From Candidatus Brocadiia bacterium (GTDB taxonomy: Bacteria; Planctomycetota; Brocadiia; SM23-32): a DNA stretch of 64,000 nt. Shown one piece after another: positions 63,806 through 64,000 of the stretch; position 1 is the first letter of the stretch; every line of letters begins with the position of its first letter. A program made the translations under genes and the position numbers. Below the pieces are notes generated by a model. It was not told the DNA's origin, made no database searches, and was given only the letters and a program-made list of their open reading frames with translations. The DNA lies in the NCBI GenBank assembly GCA_046538485.1, contig JBKHIT010000003.1:107871-171870 (forward strand), in the 5' to 3' direction.

Positions 63806-64000
63806 GTTGGGACTTCCTAAGAACTATAATTACAAGAAGACATTCTATTAAACGGGGCGGTGTCTGTCACAGTCAAAGGGATACCTGGCACAATGGAGGA
63901 GCGTAATTGAGAGTGTTGAGGAACCGCTAGCCTGCATCTTCGGATGGTATGCGTTTAGCGTTGGTGCTGTCGGTAAGCCCGCGGAGCGGGCGTGGCAGAA

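Overview
A 64-kb, mostly core-genome window from a bacterium. The gene orders dnaX-ybaB-recR-rpoN and lysS-lolD-ilvE, plus many large secreted and carbohydrate-active proteins, suggest an anaerobic Planctomycetota/PVC organism (inference, not a database result). It holds housekeeping genes (nadA, xerC, tatC, rpoN, recR, dnaX, lysS, ilvE, mtaB, dapF, hisB, hisC), anaerobic central metabolism (fused NfnAB-type transhydrogenase, Re-citrate-synthase-like enzyme, malic enzyme, AcsE-like methyltransferase), glycan catabolism genes (GH106-like, GH2, sulfatase, heparinase-like), a large Alu-domain SRP RNA, tRNA-Arg(CCT), a MITE-like element and two truncated glycosidase remnants around the tRNA. The best candidate for an undescribed system is at 57.5-59.6 kb: a sigma54 activator with an apparently catalytically dead DHH-like sensor domain, divergent from a near-consensus -24/-12 promoter whose transcript can fold into a ~205-nt rod. 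Also notable: a TatC-FecR fusion, an E. coli-like -1 frameshift signal in dnaX, a second structured RNA candidate upstream of nfnAB, and a B12-radical SAM/GT-C/UbiA operon. All calls come from reading motifs by eye; no searches or folding programs were run.
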